NCBI GenBank assembly: GCA_951406725.2
Contig: OX597817.1
Location: forward strand, 11,594,001-11,658,000
Source of the DNA: Octopus vulgaris
Taxonomy: Eukaryota
Reading direction: 5' to 3'
Length of the DNA: 64,000 bases
This document shows positions 1-14,267 of this stretch, piece by piece. The translations under genes were made by a program, and so were the position numbers. Position 1 is the stretch's first letter, and every line of letters begins with the position of its first letter. The notes beneath the pieces were generated by a model. The model was not told the DNA's origin. It saw nothing but the letters and a program-made list of their open reading frames with translations, and made no database searches.

Positions 1-952
1 TCACAATGAAGTGAGCGTAATAGAACATGAAACTTCGGTTCAACAACAATGACTTAGCCTTGAAATAACTAATGCACCAGAAAATATGTAGGTAAGTTTT
101 ATAGTGTCAATCATTTACGTATTATCGGTCGCAATAAAATGATTTCTTATTCTCTATAAACCACAGATTTATAGAAGGTAAAATAAGCTCAAGTGACAGT
201 CAAGCTTTTTTGCCACAACGCTTAAAGTGTAAAGTTGTCTTTAAACGGAAAATCTCCCGATTTCGGCTCATTAGGAGATTACAAATAGGTACCTATTTTC
301 CTTCCAATGTGCTTGTAACAGAAATGATTTATTACAGGACTAAACATTAATAGAAGAGGAAAGAAAACACATTGCGATGCTTATATATATCTCTCTCGAA
401 AACATAGATGAAGCAAACTGCCGTCAAATAAGAAGCAAAAGCGGGTTGCAATTGACAGCCAAAATGAGAAGACATTTTCAAAGACTTTTTACAGTAGTAA
501 AGCAGCAGCACCAAGTAGAGAAATGGTCAAATGTAAATTGAAACTATGTTCATGTTCAACTTTTTTTTCTCGCGTTATAAGATGATATATATGGGTATGG
601 AGTTGTCACAAGACCTCCCAAATAAAAAGGAACACTTGAGATGAAGTAGGGATGAATGTTGATCTGGTACGTGAGGATGGGTTAAAACATTTCAGGAGTT
701 ATGTGTTTATTCCAGTCTCCAACTCATTCTTGAAATTTCTTTCTCGCTTATTTTCTCTTTCTCAAAGTCCTCGCCGCATTACTCTCTCTCTCTCTCTCTC
801 TCTCACTACCTCACTGTCTGTTCTCTTTCACCTTCTGTCTCTCTCACATTCTCTCCACGACTCTCTGCTCTCCACTCTCTCTCTCTCTCTCTCTTTCAAG
901 TATCTGTCACTCCTTTGCTACTTTTGGTATGTTCATTCCTCTTCCAATTATG

Positions 953-1280
953 CTAGTTAGTTAGTTAGTTAATTTTTTGGCTCAAAAAGCAAAAAGCAAG
1001 GCCATGTAGGGGGACATGGAGTTATGTACAAGGAGGGTGTTCATGCAAAGAGTTCAGACCATTTCGGGTCAAGCGAGGCTTTGAACCGAGCGGTCGTCGG
1101 CATCTTCACCATCTCGTCCGGCAGCTTATTCCACGGATCCGCAACCCGGACGGAGAAAGCCCCTCTCCTTCGATTGAGATGAAATCGTTGCAGATAGAGC
1201 TTTTTGAAGTGGCCCCGCAGCCTACGCTCTGGAGCAGGAGTGAAGAACAGATCTTTCGAGAGGTTACACTTTCCGTTTAT
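953..1280 (-). mobile_element. 5'-truncated CR1/L2-group LINE 3' end (ORF2 C-terminus, 3'UTR, (TAAC)n tail)
   Basis: Uninterrupted peptide INGKCNLSKDLFFTPAPERRLRGHFKKLYLQRFHLNRRRGAFSVRVADPWNKLPDEMV...FKASLDPKW*, matching the RGH..KL...FS.RV...WN.LP...FK..LD C-terminus of CR1-group ORF2; ends in a (ttag)n tail at about 953-971. Confidence 0.85.
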
Positions 1281-1297
1281 ATACAATAACGCACACT

Positions 1298-1347
<50 letters not shown>

Positions 1348-1759
1348 TGTGTGTGTGTGCGTGTGTGTATGATGGACTGCCCTGTCGAAGATGACATATG
1401 AGTGTTCAGCTTTTGCCGAATGACCCGCACAAATGATTTGCTTATAGTGATCAAATGTTCCTTATAGTGATCAAATGTACGGCTATATTGATATATACAT
1501 ACATAGAACTGTATATATGAATAAATACAGATTTATATAATTTGTATATATTTATATGTACAGTGATACGTGTGTATATATCAATATAAAGTAACATGGA
1601 TTTATGTGCTTATGTATATACATACATATAGCAATAAACACGCACACGTACGTTTGCACCTGTGTATATACATATGTAAGTATATATATATATATGTATC
1701 TATTATTTATTGAAGCGGTATGTCAGTTTTAGAGAATATTTGATATTTAAGATAACATC

Positions 1760-3330
1760 TCATCCTCAATTAGAGTTGGTCCCAATTACCGCCAAGCAAT
1801 TGTTTTGCACTCAAGGAGGCAACAATTATTGATGACATAGTGACCATAGATGAAATAACCCAAAACTCTTCTATCGGCCTTGATAGATTTCCAGCGATCC
1901 TTCTGAAAACGTGTGAACGAGCCCTAGCAAAACCACTACAATCTCTATTCCAGAGTTTCCTGGCAAATGGCTAGCTTCTTGACAACTTATAAAACGCTTA
2001 ATATATTCTATTCGTAAAGGCGGAAGTAGGGCAGATTCTAAAATGAACAAATTTCTCACTTTGACTTCACATGTCGGCGAAGTCATAGAACGTATCGTAA
2101 CAAGGAAATTAATCACGTTTCTTGAAAACGACTTGCTAACGCTAAATTAGTTTTGGGCAGTAAGAAGTTACCTAACATAGTCCCAACAGATGTTAAAACA
2201 GTCACTCAAATCCTTAAATTGTTATAAAATTTATCTCGACTTTACGAAAGCCTTCGATGTTGACCACAGAAATATCTCACAAACAGTGTCATCTCGGTAT
2301 TGGGGGAATGGCTGGATGACATAGGGAATGGTATCTCATAGTATACTGTCTTGGAGCAACTGCTGTTCATGGCGGATCTCTCAACATATCATCAGCTATA
2401 AACAGCAGCCACACACCCTAGCAATGAAAATGATACAAAATATTGCTGGTAATAAAGAATCGTAGAGATGCTGTACACCTATAACATAATTCAAATGCTA
2501 AAGTGGGCTGCAGAAAGCAGTATGCAACGGACTACCGAAAACGCCCAAACCCTTCACTTTCAACAAAGGTAAATACAATACAAACGAAATACACAAGAAC
2601 AAGAGAGATTGCAGTCCCAAAGCTGCCTGAGAATTAACATGAGTAGTGATGAATCTTTCCATGTGCCTATTACTAAGATGGCAATGAAGTGTTGGTGGCT
2701 AGGCGGATAGATTCTAAGAACTTTCAGAAGAAGAGGACGAGAAACCATCATGGTCATGTGGACATCAGTTGTAGCCTACTAGATTATCCCTTCCAATTGT
2801 GATCGCTACATACAACAAAATTAATAAGACAACTTGAATCAAATCAATGCTGCCAGACGAAGATTATCTCAATACAACAGATCAGTCGTTAAATCTGAAA
2901 AAGATAAGACTCTCCTCCCTAAAACGATGATTGGGAAGAACTACAGTATTATACGCCTGGAAGATCTTAGAAGAGCTTGCGTCAAACTTTCACATTCAAA
3001 ACTATGCTAATTTACGAAAAGGGTACCACATCATAGTACCGTAGACCAAATCTATGCCATTCAGATTTAAGGCCAGAAATTGCAATAACCTAGCGTTCAA
3101 AGGTCTACAGCCTTTCAGTATCCTACCGAAAGAGTGAGGTAAGCGACATGGGATGAATGTAAGAGTGTTCAGAAAACCCAACTCTACCTTCTATTGTCTA
3201 GAATTCAAGATGTGCCTGTTTCTCGGCAAGAAACACAACTGAGGACAGTAACTTTGAATTCTCTCACTAAATGACAACAGAAAAAGGAAGATCAATAAAA
3301 GTGTAGCAACACAAAAGGGCCTAGCATGAT
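1760..3330 (+). pseudogene. Highly decayed LINE reverse transcriptase (CR1/L2/Crack group) with many stops and frameshifts
   Basis: Recognisable RT motifs: LLKTCERALAKPLQSLFQ (about 1900), KGGSRAD...LTSHVGEVIERIVTRKLITFLEND (2017-2135), IYLDFTKAFD (about 2229-2258), a decayed GVPQG.VLG.LLF (about 2330-2370) and WILRTFRRR (about 2705). Confidence 0.85.
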
Positions 3331-3402
3331 AGCATAACCATATTTTACGGGATGAAACAAGTAAAAGATGAAACACACACACACACACATACATAGTTAC
3401 AA

Positions 3403-3406
3403 AGAC

Positions 3407-3457
<51 letters not shown>

Positions 3458-3464
3458 GATATAC

Positions 3465-3532
<68 letters not shown>

Positions 3533-3536
3533 TTAC

Positions 3537-3593
<57 letters not shown>

Positions 3594-3599
3594 CACACG

Positions 3600-3680
<81 letters not shown>
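3403..3680. repeat. Compound microsatellite (GATA)n-(CA)n-(TA)n
   Basis: Directly visible. Confidence 0.95.
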
Positions 3681-3683
<3 letters not shown>

Positions 3684-4618
3684 TAAATTCATACATAGGT
3701 GTATATATGTAATACAAAAGACGGAAACAGTTTTAATAGATACATATGCATATACACATATGCATTATACATTATAAGTAGGCAGAATGGGGACTGGTGG
3801 CGTCCCTGTAGTATTCTTTATTTTCCCTCCTTTTCTTCCTATTGCACTTTACATCTGTTGCTTTTTCTCCCTCTCTCATCCACTCCCTTACTTTCACTCT
3901 CTCTCTCCCTCTCACTCCTCTCCTCCCACCTTCTACTATATCTTACATTACTTTCTAAATTTTCCCTTCCATTTGTTTTCCCATTTCTACTTCTACATAC
4001 TTCTCTTTCCCCACCCGACCCCCACTTCAACCATTCTTTCACTCTCTGATATCGTTTATACTCTGTCTTTCTCTTTCTCTTTCTCACCTCTATTTACTCT
4101 CAACATTTTTTGCTGTTGTTGTTATTATTCCTTTTATTTGTTTTCTTTCCATTTATTTATTTATTTTTCTGTACTAAATGCTCCGAACATGGAGGCATCA
4201 AAATCCCGAAATAAATTCTACGGTGTCTTGGCTTGTGTTGTATGAGCCATTGAGCATGAGGGAGGTGGGATAGTGCTTCTTGCGTTAAAGAAGTGAAGAA
4301 AAGAGGTGAAGAAAAGACAAAAATTGAAGACACGGGTGATAGAAAAGCAGAAAAACAAGCAGAAAAGATAGATACAGGATAGAAAACAAACAACAGAAGT
4401 AGATTGGAGCGGGAGCCATGAAAACAAAAACAAAAAAAAAAAAAGAGGAAGAGAGACAGTGAGAGAAAAACATAGGGGGGGGGTCGGAGAAGGAGGCGAG
4501 TGTGTAAAGTCAGTGAAATGAGACAAAACAAATGAGAAACTGGAAATACGGTGAAGACGAAAAAATTTGTTTAGAAAATATCGTAACAAGGTTGGTGTAA
4601 GAGAAAGACAGATGAAAG

Positions 4619-5390
<772 letters not shown>

Positions 5391-5678
5391 AGAGGCTAAT
5401 TAAACTCGCCCTTCATCACTACTCGTTACCGTTCTTTTCTGAACAAGCAGTAAATGGGATTTCAGAGTAGCTGATGATGATTCGGGTAAGGATGTACTGC
5501 GACTGCGACAAGAATTTTTCGAGTGTTTCAGAAACAAACTGAAATTAGGATTCTTCAAGCCTTTGAGAGTTTGGTGAAAACATATAAATTATAGAAACAC
5601 AAAATCACAAACCAACTCACACATGTACACAAGCATACGCATACCTATACACACATATTTACACAAATATATCATACA

Positions 5679-6051
5679 CTAGCAGTATCGCCCGACGTTG
5701 CTCAGGTTTGTAAGGGAAATAACTATAAAGCATTTTTAGAGAGTTATAGCCAAAAAATAGAAAAAAATGATGGTAAATTTTATTTTTTAGTTAAAAAAGG
5801 TGGAGTTGCGTCCCCTAGACGGTCTGTGGTTTGGGTTTCTGATTCTCGACCCCATGTCGAATTTATCGATTTTTTTCAGAACTGGGGGAACTTTTCAAAA
5901 TTTTCGCTGCGTTAGTTTTGAATTATGACATTGGGCTATGCGTGTGTCAAGTTTCATCAGAATCGGTTGAAAGCCGTGGTCAGGGTGAGGGTACAAGCAA
6001 ACAGACACACAGAAACACGCACAGACAAACTGCCGTTTATATAGAGAGAGA
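5679..6051 (-). mobile_element. Non-autonomous Helitron
   Basis: On the minus strand it starts A|TCTCTC.. and ends with an imperfect GC hairpin (CCTGAGCAACGTCGGG) followed by CTAG|T, i.e. an A/T insertion with no TSD; its 3' end is shared with 36049-36347. Confidence 0.75.
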
Positions 6052-6069
6052 TACATACATATATTTCTT

Positions 6070-6138
6070 TTGCCACATGTTTCACTGACGAAGAGGGGGC
6101 TCTTAGTAGCTAACTCTGAAATCGGTCCGATATGGTAA
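6070..6138 (+). ncRNA. Decayed type-I hammerhead ribozyme motif in a Penelope-like or retrozyme-like fragment (about 6060-6392)
   Basis: CTGACGA(6085)-AGAG...CTCT-GAAA(6118)-TCGG-TC; distal stem I ttgccacat/atatggtaa; proximal stem I mismatched. Confidence 0.55.
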
Positions 6139-6396
6139 TAATGGAATTGTTTAGAAATTTCTGTCGACCTTTTTTCGAGTAGCGTGCGTATTGTGAAAAA
6201 ATTATATGGTTAATGGACAATATGTCCAATTTTTCGACATATTTGGCATTAGAAATTTTTTCCTTTGCCCTCATTTATGAATTGTTTATAAATTTAACCG
6301 TTAAAGGTATTTTTTTAATATGCTGGCCATTGATGAAATTTTTTTCGAGAAAATATTTTTTTTCGAAAAGAATTTTATCCTCACATTTGTTATATA

Positions 6397-6444
<48 letters not shown>

Positions 6445-6708
6445 CATTCATATGTATCCATGTGTGTGTATGTGTACGTGTGCGTGTGTATGTGTGTCTG
6501 CATGTGCATGTGTGATACACTCACACGCACATACGCATACTCACATACGTCTACACATACATAGGATAAAAAAATGAATAATAATAGAAGTGAATGATAG
6601 AGAGAAGTACGTCTCCAAGCAAAAGGCTCTGTATTAAATTATAAATTCCTTCGGGATGTTTGTATTTTAGATCAAATAGAAGGTTAAAGTGCATACACAG
6701 GAATATAC

Positions 6709-6759
<51 letters not shown>

Positions 6760-7015
6760 CCCCTATAAATAATTCTGCATGCTTGTACATAAAACACGCT
6801 CACGTACACATATACGTAAATAAGTACATACGTAGATACTTACACAAGTATATAAATGAGTACACACACACACACACACACACACATGCATGTATCCGTG
6901 TATGAATTCCTTTAAATTAAGGCAGATTAAAGTGTCTAGAAATGTCGGTGTGGCACATACGCCATATGAGAACAAGAATGGCAGGTCACAATGCAGTTTA
7001 ACCAAGAGACTAATG

Positions 7016-7317
7016 TTTGTTCCCTCTCGAGCCACGCCTGGCTCATAAAGGCCGGTTTCCCGGTTTCCTTGGCGCATAGGTTCCCCACCTGGACGGGACG
7101 CCGGTCCGTCACAGGTGAGCTGCAAGATGCAGGAAGAAAGAGTGAGAGAAAGTTGTGGCGAAAGAGTCAGCAGAAGTTCGCCATTACCTTCTGCCGGAGC
7201 CGCGTGGAGCTTAGGTGTTTTCGCTCATAATCACACACATCACCTGGTCTGAGATTCGAACCCGCGATCCCTCGACTGCGAGTCCACTGCTCTAACCACT
7301 AGGCCATGTGCCTCCAC
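7016..7317 (-). mobile_element. tRNA-headed SINE (family C, OR-like)
   Basis: Head GTGGAGGCACATGGCCTAGTGGTTAG...GGTTCGAATC (A and B boxes); imperfect TSD aagagactaatg/aagagtctgatg; near-identical copy at 53093-53394. Confidence 0.85.
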
Positions 7318-8848
7318 AAGAGTCTGATGGAGTATGACTCTTAAGGAAAGACATTTTTTCCCAGTAGACAGTATTCTGCAAGTGTTTCTGGATAACATCT
7401 CTTGCATTGAATAGATGATTAGCAAGGACAGAAAAGTTCAAAAACATGAACAACGGAATTTTAAAAAAAAACATCGTATTATTCCCCATCAGCATTATCA
7501 AATATAGATGTTATTGCATATTGTGATTTGAAAGTTAACTCGCTATTCCCGTTATTCCTTCGTAACTCGCGTTAATCACTGAAAATAACTCTTGAATGCA
7601 GTTACGATGGATTTAATTGGAGATGTGCTTGAAAGATCCAGGAACTCTGTTTAAAGGTCATCAAAATAAAATGCTAATTTTAAGGGGAAGATTTTAATTA
7701 CTTAAGACCATACACATAATTCATCCTTAAATTAAACTCCCATTTGAAAAACTGAGCAAACTCAAGAAATTAAAATAATTTAGCTGTAAAAGTCATGCAA
7801 GTACCATTATGAGAGATATCCAAACTACAGCGGAAAAGGCAAGCCACTTGATTTGGTTAAAAAGAGACAATGAGCAATGGCTAGAAGTATATTGAGAGAA
7901 ACTGAATAACCAGTTGATCTAGCAAATGGGGCCTCATTTCAGTGCGGTGGAGCCGGTGCGCAATGATGCCGTCGAGAGATAGGCCTCAAAACAGCGCGCA
8001 TTCTCTCCTGATGACCCCATAAACTTGCTAGCGTCCGGTATGCGGAACTTTCAACTGGGAACATTTGCCTCTGCGAGTTGTTTGCAAAAAATCTCAAAGC
8101 AATTGAAGATTTATTAATGTATCATGGACGGCGGAAAATACTCTAAAAACGCTAGAAATAGCTAATGTAATCGCTTGTAGAGCAAGCATAATTTTATTTA
8201 AGGGTTTTTTCGAAATTCACTATCAATACATTCACGTCAACAAGTTTTACTCACTCTGAAAGAATGAACGGCGTAAAGTCATTCAGCAGATTTTCCAAGG
8301 CTACAAAAACAATTGCTCATGGTTTATAATATTTTATGCAAGTATTCTAACAATGCTGGGTTGTCAGCATGATAAAATTTCTTGATAAGGATCGCAAAGC
8401 ATGCCACTTTGCATAAAAGCTTGTGAGATTAAATTCTCCAGTATTTTACTCCAAAAGCGAATCGATACACCAGATATATGTATAAATCTAAACACAAAAT
8501 GTTAAAAAAATGACAAGCTTTTACATTAGAATTTTGAATGCTGTGAACCTCAAGCACGGCGCTGACACAAACAACAATACTGAATTGGGATAGAGATTGA
8601 ATTGAAATTTTTACCGTTTTTTTTTTATTTTCCTTTTTAAGAAACGAAGCCTTATAGTTGCCTATTATTTATGCCTATATGAAAGAACTTGAAATAACAC
8701 TCCACAAAATAATTCTAACTCTTTACACAACACAGTGACACCCCAATAATGATCTTCATTTTTGTATATGACGACACTCCTGATGTCAGTGAGGGTTACA
8801 CATATTTTCCAGTATAGCTAGAACAAATATAAGAGAAAACAATTTTAT

Positions 8849-9225
8849 AGGTGCAGACGTGGCTGTGTGGTACGACGCTTGCTTCGTAGTCACGTGCTTC
8901 CGGGTTCAGGTCCTTAACGCAGCACCTTGGGCAAGTGTCTTCTACTAAGCCCTGTGCTAACAAAAGCCTTATGAGTGGATATGGTAGACGGAAACTGAAA
9001 GAAGCCCATCGTATATATTTATGTATGTGAATCTTTGTGTTTGTGTTTATGTTTGTCTCTACCCATTGCTTGACAACCGGAGTTGATTTCTCTACATACT
9101 CGTAACTTAGTGCTTCGGCAAAAGCGACGGATACAAAAAGTACCTGGTGTTAAAGAAAAATAAGTATGGATTTAAACCCTTTTGAGGCGTTCCCTAGCAT
9201 GAATACTGTCCAAAGACAAGTGAAA
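8849..9225 (+). mobile_element. Diverged SINE-A copy
   Basis: gtggctgtgtgg...gggttcagg...accttgggcaagtgtcttc...gacggaaactgaaagaagccc, shared with younger copies. Confidence 0.8.
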
Positions 9226-9636
9226 GATGTTCGTTTATTCTATATCTTTCATACTTCTTTCTATCATTGGGCTGTGGCCATGCTAGGCTACCGCCTTGAA
9301 GAATCTATTCGTCGTCAGTGTGCATATGTGTGTGTGAGTGTGTGTGTGTGTGTGTGTGCGTGTGCGTGTGTATACTTAATCATTTGCCTACACTTCATCT
9401 GCACCCACATACACACACACATACACCTGTAGTAACCAGTGCACCTTGACCTATGCATAACTGCTATGTCATATATAACAGGTGACAAAACGGAGAACAA
9501 TTCTTACTGTTGATGACAAAGATGAAAAAGTGATGTGAATAGAAAAAAATACAATCATCCAAACGGTATTGTTGAGAAATTACTGACAAGGCTAAAAATA
9601 TGATGAAACTATACATACATACATACATACATACAT

Positions 9637-9766
<130 letters not shown>

Positions 9767-9943
9767 GGATGAATTTGTTGAACTTTGTTTAATATGTTAA
9801 GTCATATACTGATTATTTCTATAAAAACTTTCATACCTATACGATTTTTTAAGTAAAAAATTCGAAAGTAAAGTATAAAGGAGAGACATTAGAAATCTAA
9901 TGACAAAATTCCAATGAAAGGACGAATATACTTTCATCCGATA

Positions 9944-9985
<42 letters not shown>

Positions 9986-9986
9986 A

Positions 9987-10330
9987 TGAATTTTTTGCGT
10001 AATGAGATAAAAAAAACCAAGGCTGTATAGATATTAGAGCATTTATAAATAGGTCTTACAGCTGTTTCTAGGATATTAATTAATAATAGTATCCCTTCAT
10101 CGGAGACGGTGTGAGAGGAAAAATTATGACATAGTTAGTTTCGATGTGATACAAATAGAGAGTGAGGTGGAGGAAAGAAAATAGATGTAAGATATGTATG
10201 GTTATTGGAGTTCATAAATCCGTTTTATAGGCATCAGGGTATATATGTGGAACATTCCAATATCCTTTGAGTAAAGTCCAACAGAGTTTAATATGAGTCC
10301 ATCCAGATGTAAAGTTATAAGCAATGTAAG

Positions 10331-10333
<3 letters not shown>
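9987..10333 (-). mobile_element. Penelope-like element 3' fragment (possible ORF end plus pLTR with hammerhead), flanked by microsatellites
   Basis: Minus-strand peptide ITLHLDGLILN resembles the TL.P.GLN end of PLE GIY-YIG ORFs; HHR lies downstream; (TA)n(TG)n and (TA)n flanks. Confidence 0.6.
10053..10107 (-). ncRNA. Minimal type-I hammerhead ribozyme
   Basis: GTCT-CCGATGA-AGGGATA..TATCCTA-GAAA-CAGCTG-TA-AGAC: stem I GTCT/AGAC, stem II GGATA/TATCC, palindromic stem III CAGCTG, GUA cleavage site; core has U4C. Confidence 0.75.
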
Positions 10334-10423
<90 letters not shown>

Positions 10424-11045
10424 GGAGCATTTGTTGTATATGCATGTATAGATATAACATATTCTTCTTTCTAGAAACAAAGAATGCTGAAGGAAAGCTT
10501 GGGAAACGAGTGGTTTGCTATGTATTGACAGATTGCTGCTTCAGAAAGTAATAAACAAGAAGATGTAATAATTATTAAGTATCTCAAGGCATATGATCTC
10601 CCGTTCTTGAATACTGGAATGCCTAAAACTTCCCTATATTAATGACGAATATAATATTACTGAGACCACCATGCTATCATGGAGGATGTCAGTATCCTGT
10701 GGTAAAATGTGACGAGTGAAAGTGAGATAAAAAAAACGGGAGTTTCTCAAGGTGATTTATTTTCTTCAATTATGTTGAAGGGACTCCTTTGACATATACA
10801 AAAGGGCCAGCTAAGTTGAGAAGGATTCAGTAACCTAATTTTCATGAATAATTTATATATTTCTCCCGCTGTAAGTAAGAGTTGTATTAAGGATAGTCTC
10901 TTATAAAAGTTCAACAGAGATATTTAGATTAAAATGGAAGTTGACAATTATGTCATACTCGTATTAAAGTGGAGACAAAAGTGAAAATGTGGGAGTGTTC
11001 ACTCTTTCAGTGAAGAGGAGAATTATGCCATTAGATAATACTGAT

Positions 11046-11452
11046 ATTGGTTTCAAGTTTCGTCACAAGGCTGACAAGTTCGGGATGGGTGCCCAACTGG
11101 TACTTATTTTATCGGCGTCGAAAGGATGAAAGGCAAAGTTGGCTTCGGCAGAATTTGAACTTGGAACTTAAAGACGGACGAAATGCCGCTCGGTATTTTG
11201 CCCTGCGTGCTAACTATTCTTATTTCTTTATTTCCCACAAGGGGCTAAACATAGAGGGGACAAACAAGGACAGACAAACGGATTAAGTCGATTAGATCGA
11301 CCCCAGTGCGTAACAGGTACTTGATTTATCGACCCCGAAAGGACGAAAGGCAAAGTCGACCTCGGCGGAATTTGAACTCAGAACGTAACGACAGACAAAA
11401 TACCGCTAGGTATTTCGCCCGGCGTGCTAACCATTCTGCCAGTTCGCTGTCT
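11046..11452 (-). mobile_element. SINE-B: young copy in tandem with an older copy
   Basis: gagttcaaattccgccgaggtcgactttgcctttc.tcctttcggggtcgataa motif occurs twice in the same orientation. Confidence 0.8.
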
Positions 11453-11827
11453 TCGATAATACTAATATTGCGATACACTCTGTAGAAATTATATCTAAAT
11501 ATTAACCATTCTTCACCCAAAAAAGGAGAGAGAGAACGTAGCGAAATGTATAAACGCCCAAGAAAATCTCCTAACGATGCATGTAATTAATTGTAGCCAA
11601 TCAAGGATTTAGTAAAGATAAAATTAATAAATGAAGAGAAAAGACGGAAAAATGGAAATGAAGTGTTGCATTGCAGTAGAGAAATAATGAACAAGTGTAA
11701 AACTTGGAAGCTAAAAAATATTAAAAAAAACAAACTTAGCAATTCAAGATTGAAAAACTATAGCTGTGTGAAAGCCTAATTCAGAAATGCTTGTAAATTA
11801 GCAATATTGGATACATACTGATATGTA

Positions 11828-11881
<54 letters not shown>

Positions 11882-11939
11882 CATACATACATACATACAT
11901 ACATACATACATACATACATACCTACATACATACATACA

Positions 11940-11971
<32 letters not shown>

Positions 11972-11988
11972 CATATACATATACATAT

Positions 11989-12042
<54 letters not shown>

Positions 12043-13176
12043 TTAATACCAAAAGAATATAAATGAAGCGTGAATATATAAACAAACCTGCTCAGTTTAT
12101 GAGAATTATGATTGGAAGGTCTATGAGATTCTTTTTCGGTACAAATTACCATATATAGTAGCATTTGAAGCTAAAACAAAAATCAAAGAACTAAGTAAAA
12201 ATTATCTATATTTGCGCAAGAAACTACGAAAACTCCAGGATATGCGAATGAGTTATTTCTATTGGCAAAAGTGCACCGGGTACAACACTAAAACAGCTGT
12301 TCAAGAGACTGAGTGACATTGGAATGGAGATCCTGACAAAGGATCTGTAGAAAATGTGCGTTCTGTATTTGATAAACATTCCAAGACGTGTACGAGTATG
12401 TGTTTGTTCGTCTGTATTTACAGGCATGTCGATGTATGTATATATTTTTATGAATGTGTAATTTCACACGTTTATCTCAAGAAATATATTCAGAGATTTC
12501 CTTTAGATGTCTAAACGTTGTACTACGATTATATTTGAACGAGAATTGAATGTATGAACCATTGTCATATACTTTATGGTTGTAGCTCAGAAAAAAAAAA
12601 CGATACTCTACTTTGAAGTAGTATTTTTTATCATGCTGAAAATACGGTGCGGGTCCAATGTAGTGGCGGGAAAATTTAAAGTATGGTTAATTATTTTATT
12701 TGTTTCGTAGGTATTGGAGTTCGCACGGAGTCATGAGGACACTAATGTTTATAATACTGGTTGTAGTTTTATTGTGGTGATAGTAGTTATAGTTCCTATT
12801 ACCATTTAGTCAGAGATTAAGTGCAACAACCACAACTTCCAGCATTTCCTTTTTAGGATCCTCGGAAACAAATGGATTGAAGGGAAAAAGTTAGCTTCGA
12901 ACCTCAGACCTGATCTGATCGAAGACTTGCAACAGAGAGATCTCGGTTACAGGAATACAAGGACCAGGGAAGGACATTAAACTAGGCAGCAAATGAAGTC
13001 TACCACTCATGAACGTAGAACACAAAGAGGAGGAAAAACCCCATCCCACGCGCTAATATTCCACCAAACCACCACTCTGGACTGGTACTTTTGTTAATCG
13101 CGCTCGAAAATATAAAAGGTAAAGCTGACATCTTCAGGATTTGAAGTTAAGTGAAGAGAGCCTGAGCAGATCTTCA

Positions 13177-13362
13177 CGGTATTTCGTCTGCTGTTACGTT
13201 CTGAGTTCAAATTCCGCCGAGGTCGACTTTGCCTTTCAGCCTTTTGGGGTCGATTAAATAAGTACCAGTTACGCACTGGGGTCGATGTAACCGACTTAAT
13301 CCGTGTGTCTGTCCTTGTTTGTCCCCTCTATGTTTAGCCCATTGTGGGTAATAAAGAAACAG
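13177..13362 (+). mobile_element. SINE-B (5'-truncated)
   Basis: Same body and tail as 63248-63460. Confidence 0.8.
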
Positions 13363-14068
13363 GTATATTTTTTTACTTGTACTCTAACATTACCAGTTTG
13401 CAGGCTAAAGATGATCATGAACTGATGCTGATGTTTCTGATTTTTATGATAGTGATGATGAAAATAGTGGATGTGCTGCTGTTGTTGTTGGAGATGGTTG
13501 TGATGGTGCAGGGGGTGGCTGCGGAGTTTCATGCGTGACATTTATCAAACTATGTTATAAGTTACAAATTTGCACTTTACACAGTAGAAAATGTACTTAT
13601 ATTTTTCTTGGACGTTTCCACCGAAGTCTATTATGAATTATTCTGTAATCCATAAAGTTTTCGCATTTTCGAAATCTTACTATTAGCCAGATTTTGAAAA
13701 TATTGTTTAATCACCCGACACTTCAGTATGTTTGTGTGTGTGTGAGGGTGGGGTGGGGGGCTATAGAAGTATCTAGAACAATCACAATGATGTCCTCTAC
13801 AATATAAAAACAATATTTGCAATTTATAATTTACCATGCGCAAAACACTAGGTTCATGAGTGATATACGTGGCTTAACTGCCTTCCATTTTCCTAACCAC
13901 AGAGGAATTTTTCAACCTAATATTTACATTCTATTAATAATTTATTTGTCTATTATATATAGCTTTATATGTACTTCCCAAACCAATTTCAAAACAACAA
14001 TAATTCCACGCTCTCTTAAAAGTTTATGAATTTTTATGTCAAATGTGTATATATATATATATATATAT

Positions 14069-14255
14069 AGGGAGAGTTTACGAAAAAAACAAAAGACGAA
14101 GAGAGGTGGTGTACAAAACAAACAGATGTATTAGTATAACGCTCAGGAATAGAAAAAGTCTTTTACGTTTCGAGCCTACGCTCTTCTACAGAAAGGGACA
14201 CAGAAAACAAGGAGAGAAAAAAATGTGTGTAGTGGCTAACGATCTATCATGGCGA
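14069..14255 (-). mobile_element. About 190-bp hammerhead-bearing element (PLE pLTR or retrozyme-like), same family as 34898-35108
   Basis: Reverse complement of 34898-35108; contains CTTT-CTGTAGA-AGAGCGTAGGCTC-GAAA-CG-TA-AAAG at 14158-14199; 3' end abuts (TA)n. Confidence 0.65.
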
Positions 14256-14267
14256 CTAGTGCCGGAC

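Noticed and set aside
1-97. Exon ending at a strong donor AG|GTAAGT (91/92)
   Set aside because: All three frames contain stops; a non-coding exon cannot be supported from sequence alone
1442-1478. Short direct repeat cttatagtgatcaaatgt x2
   Set aside because: Simple local slippage duplication with no further structure
7920-8060. GC-richer patch containing CTGATGA
   Set aside because: No downstream GAAA or stem III and no ORF; nothing supportable
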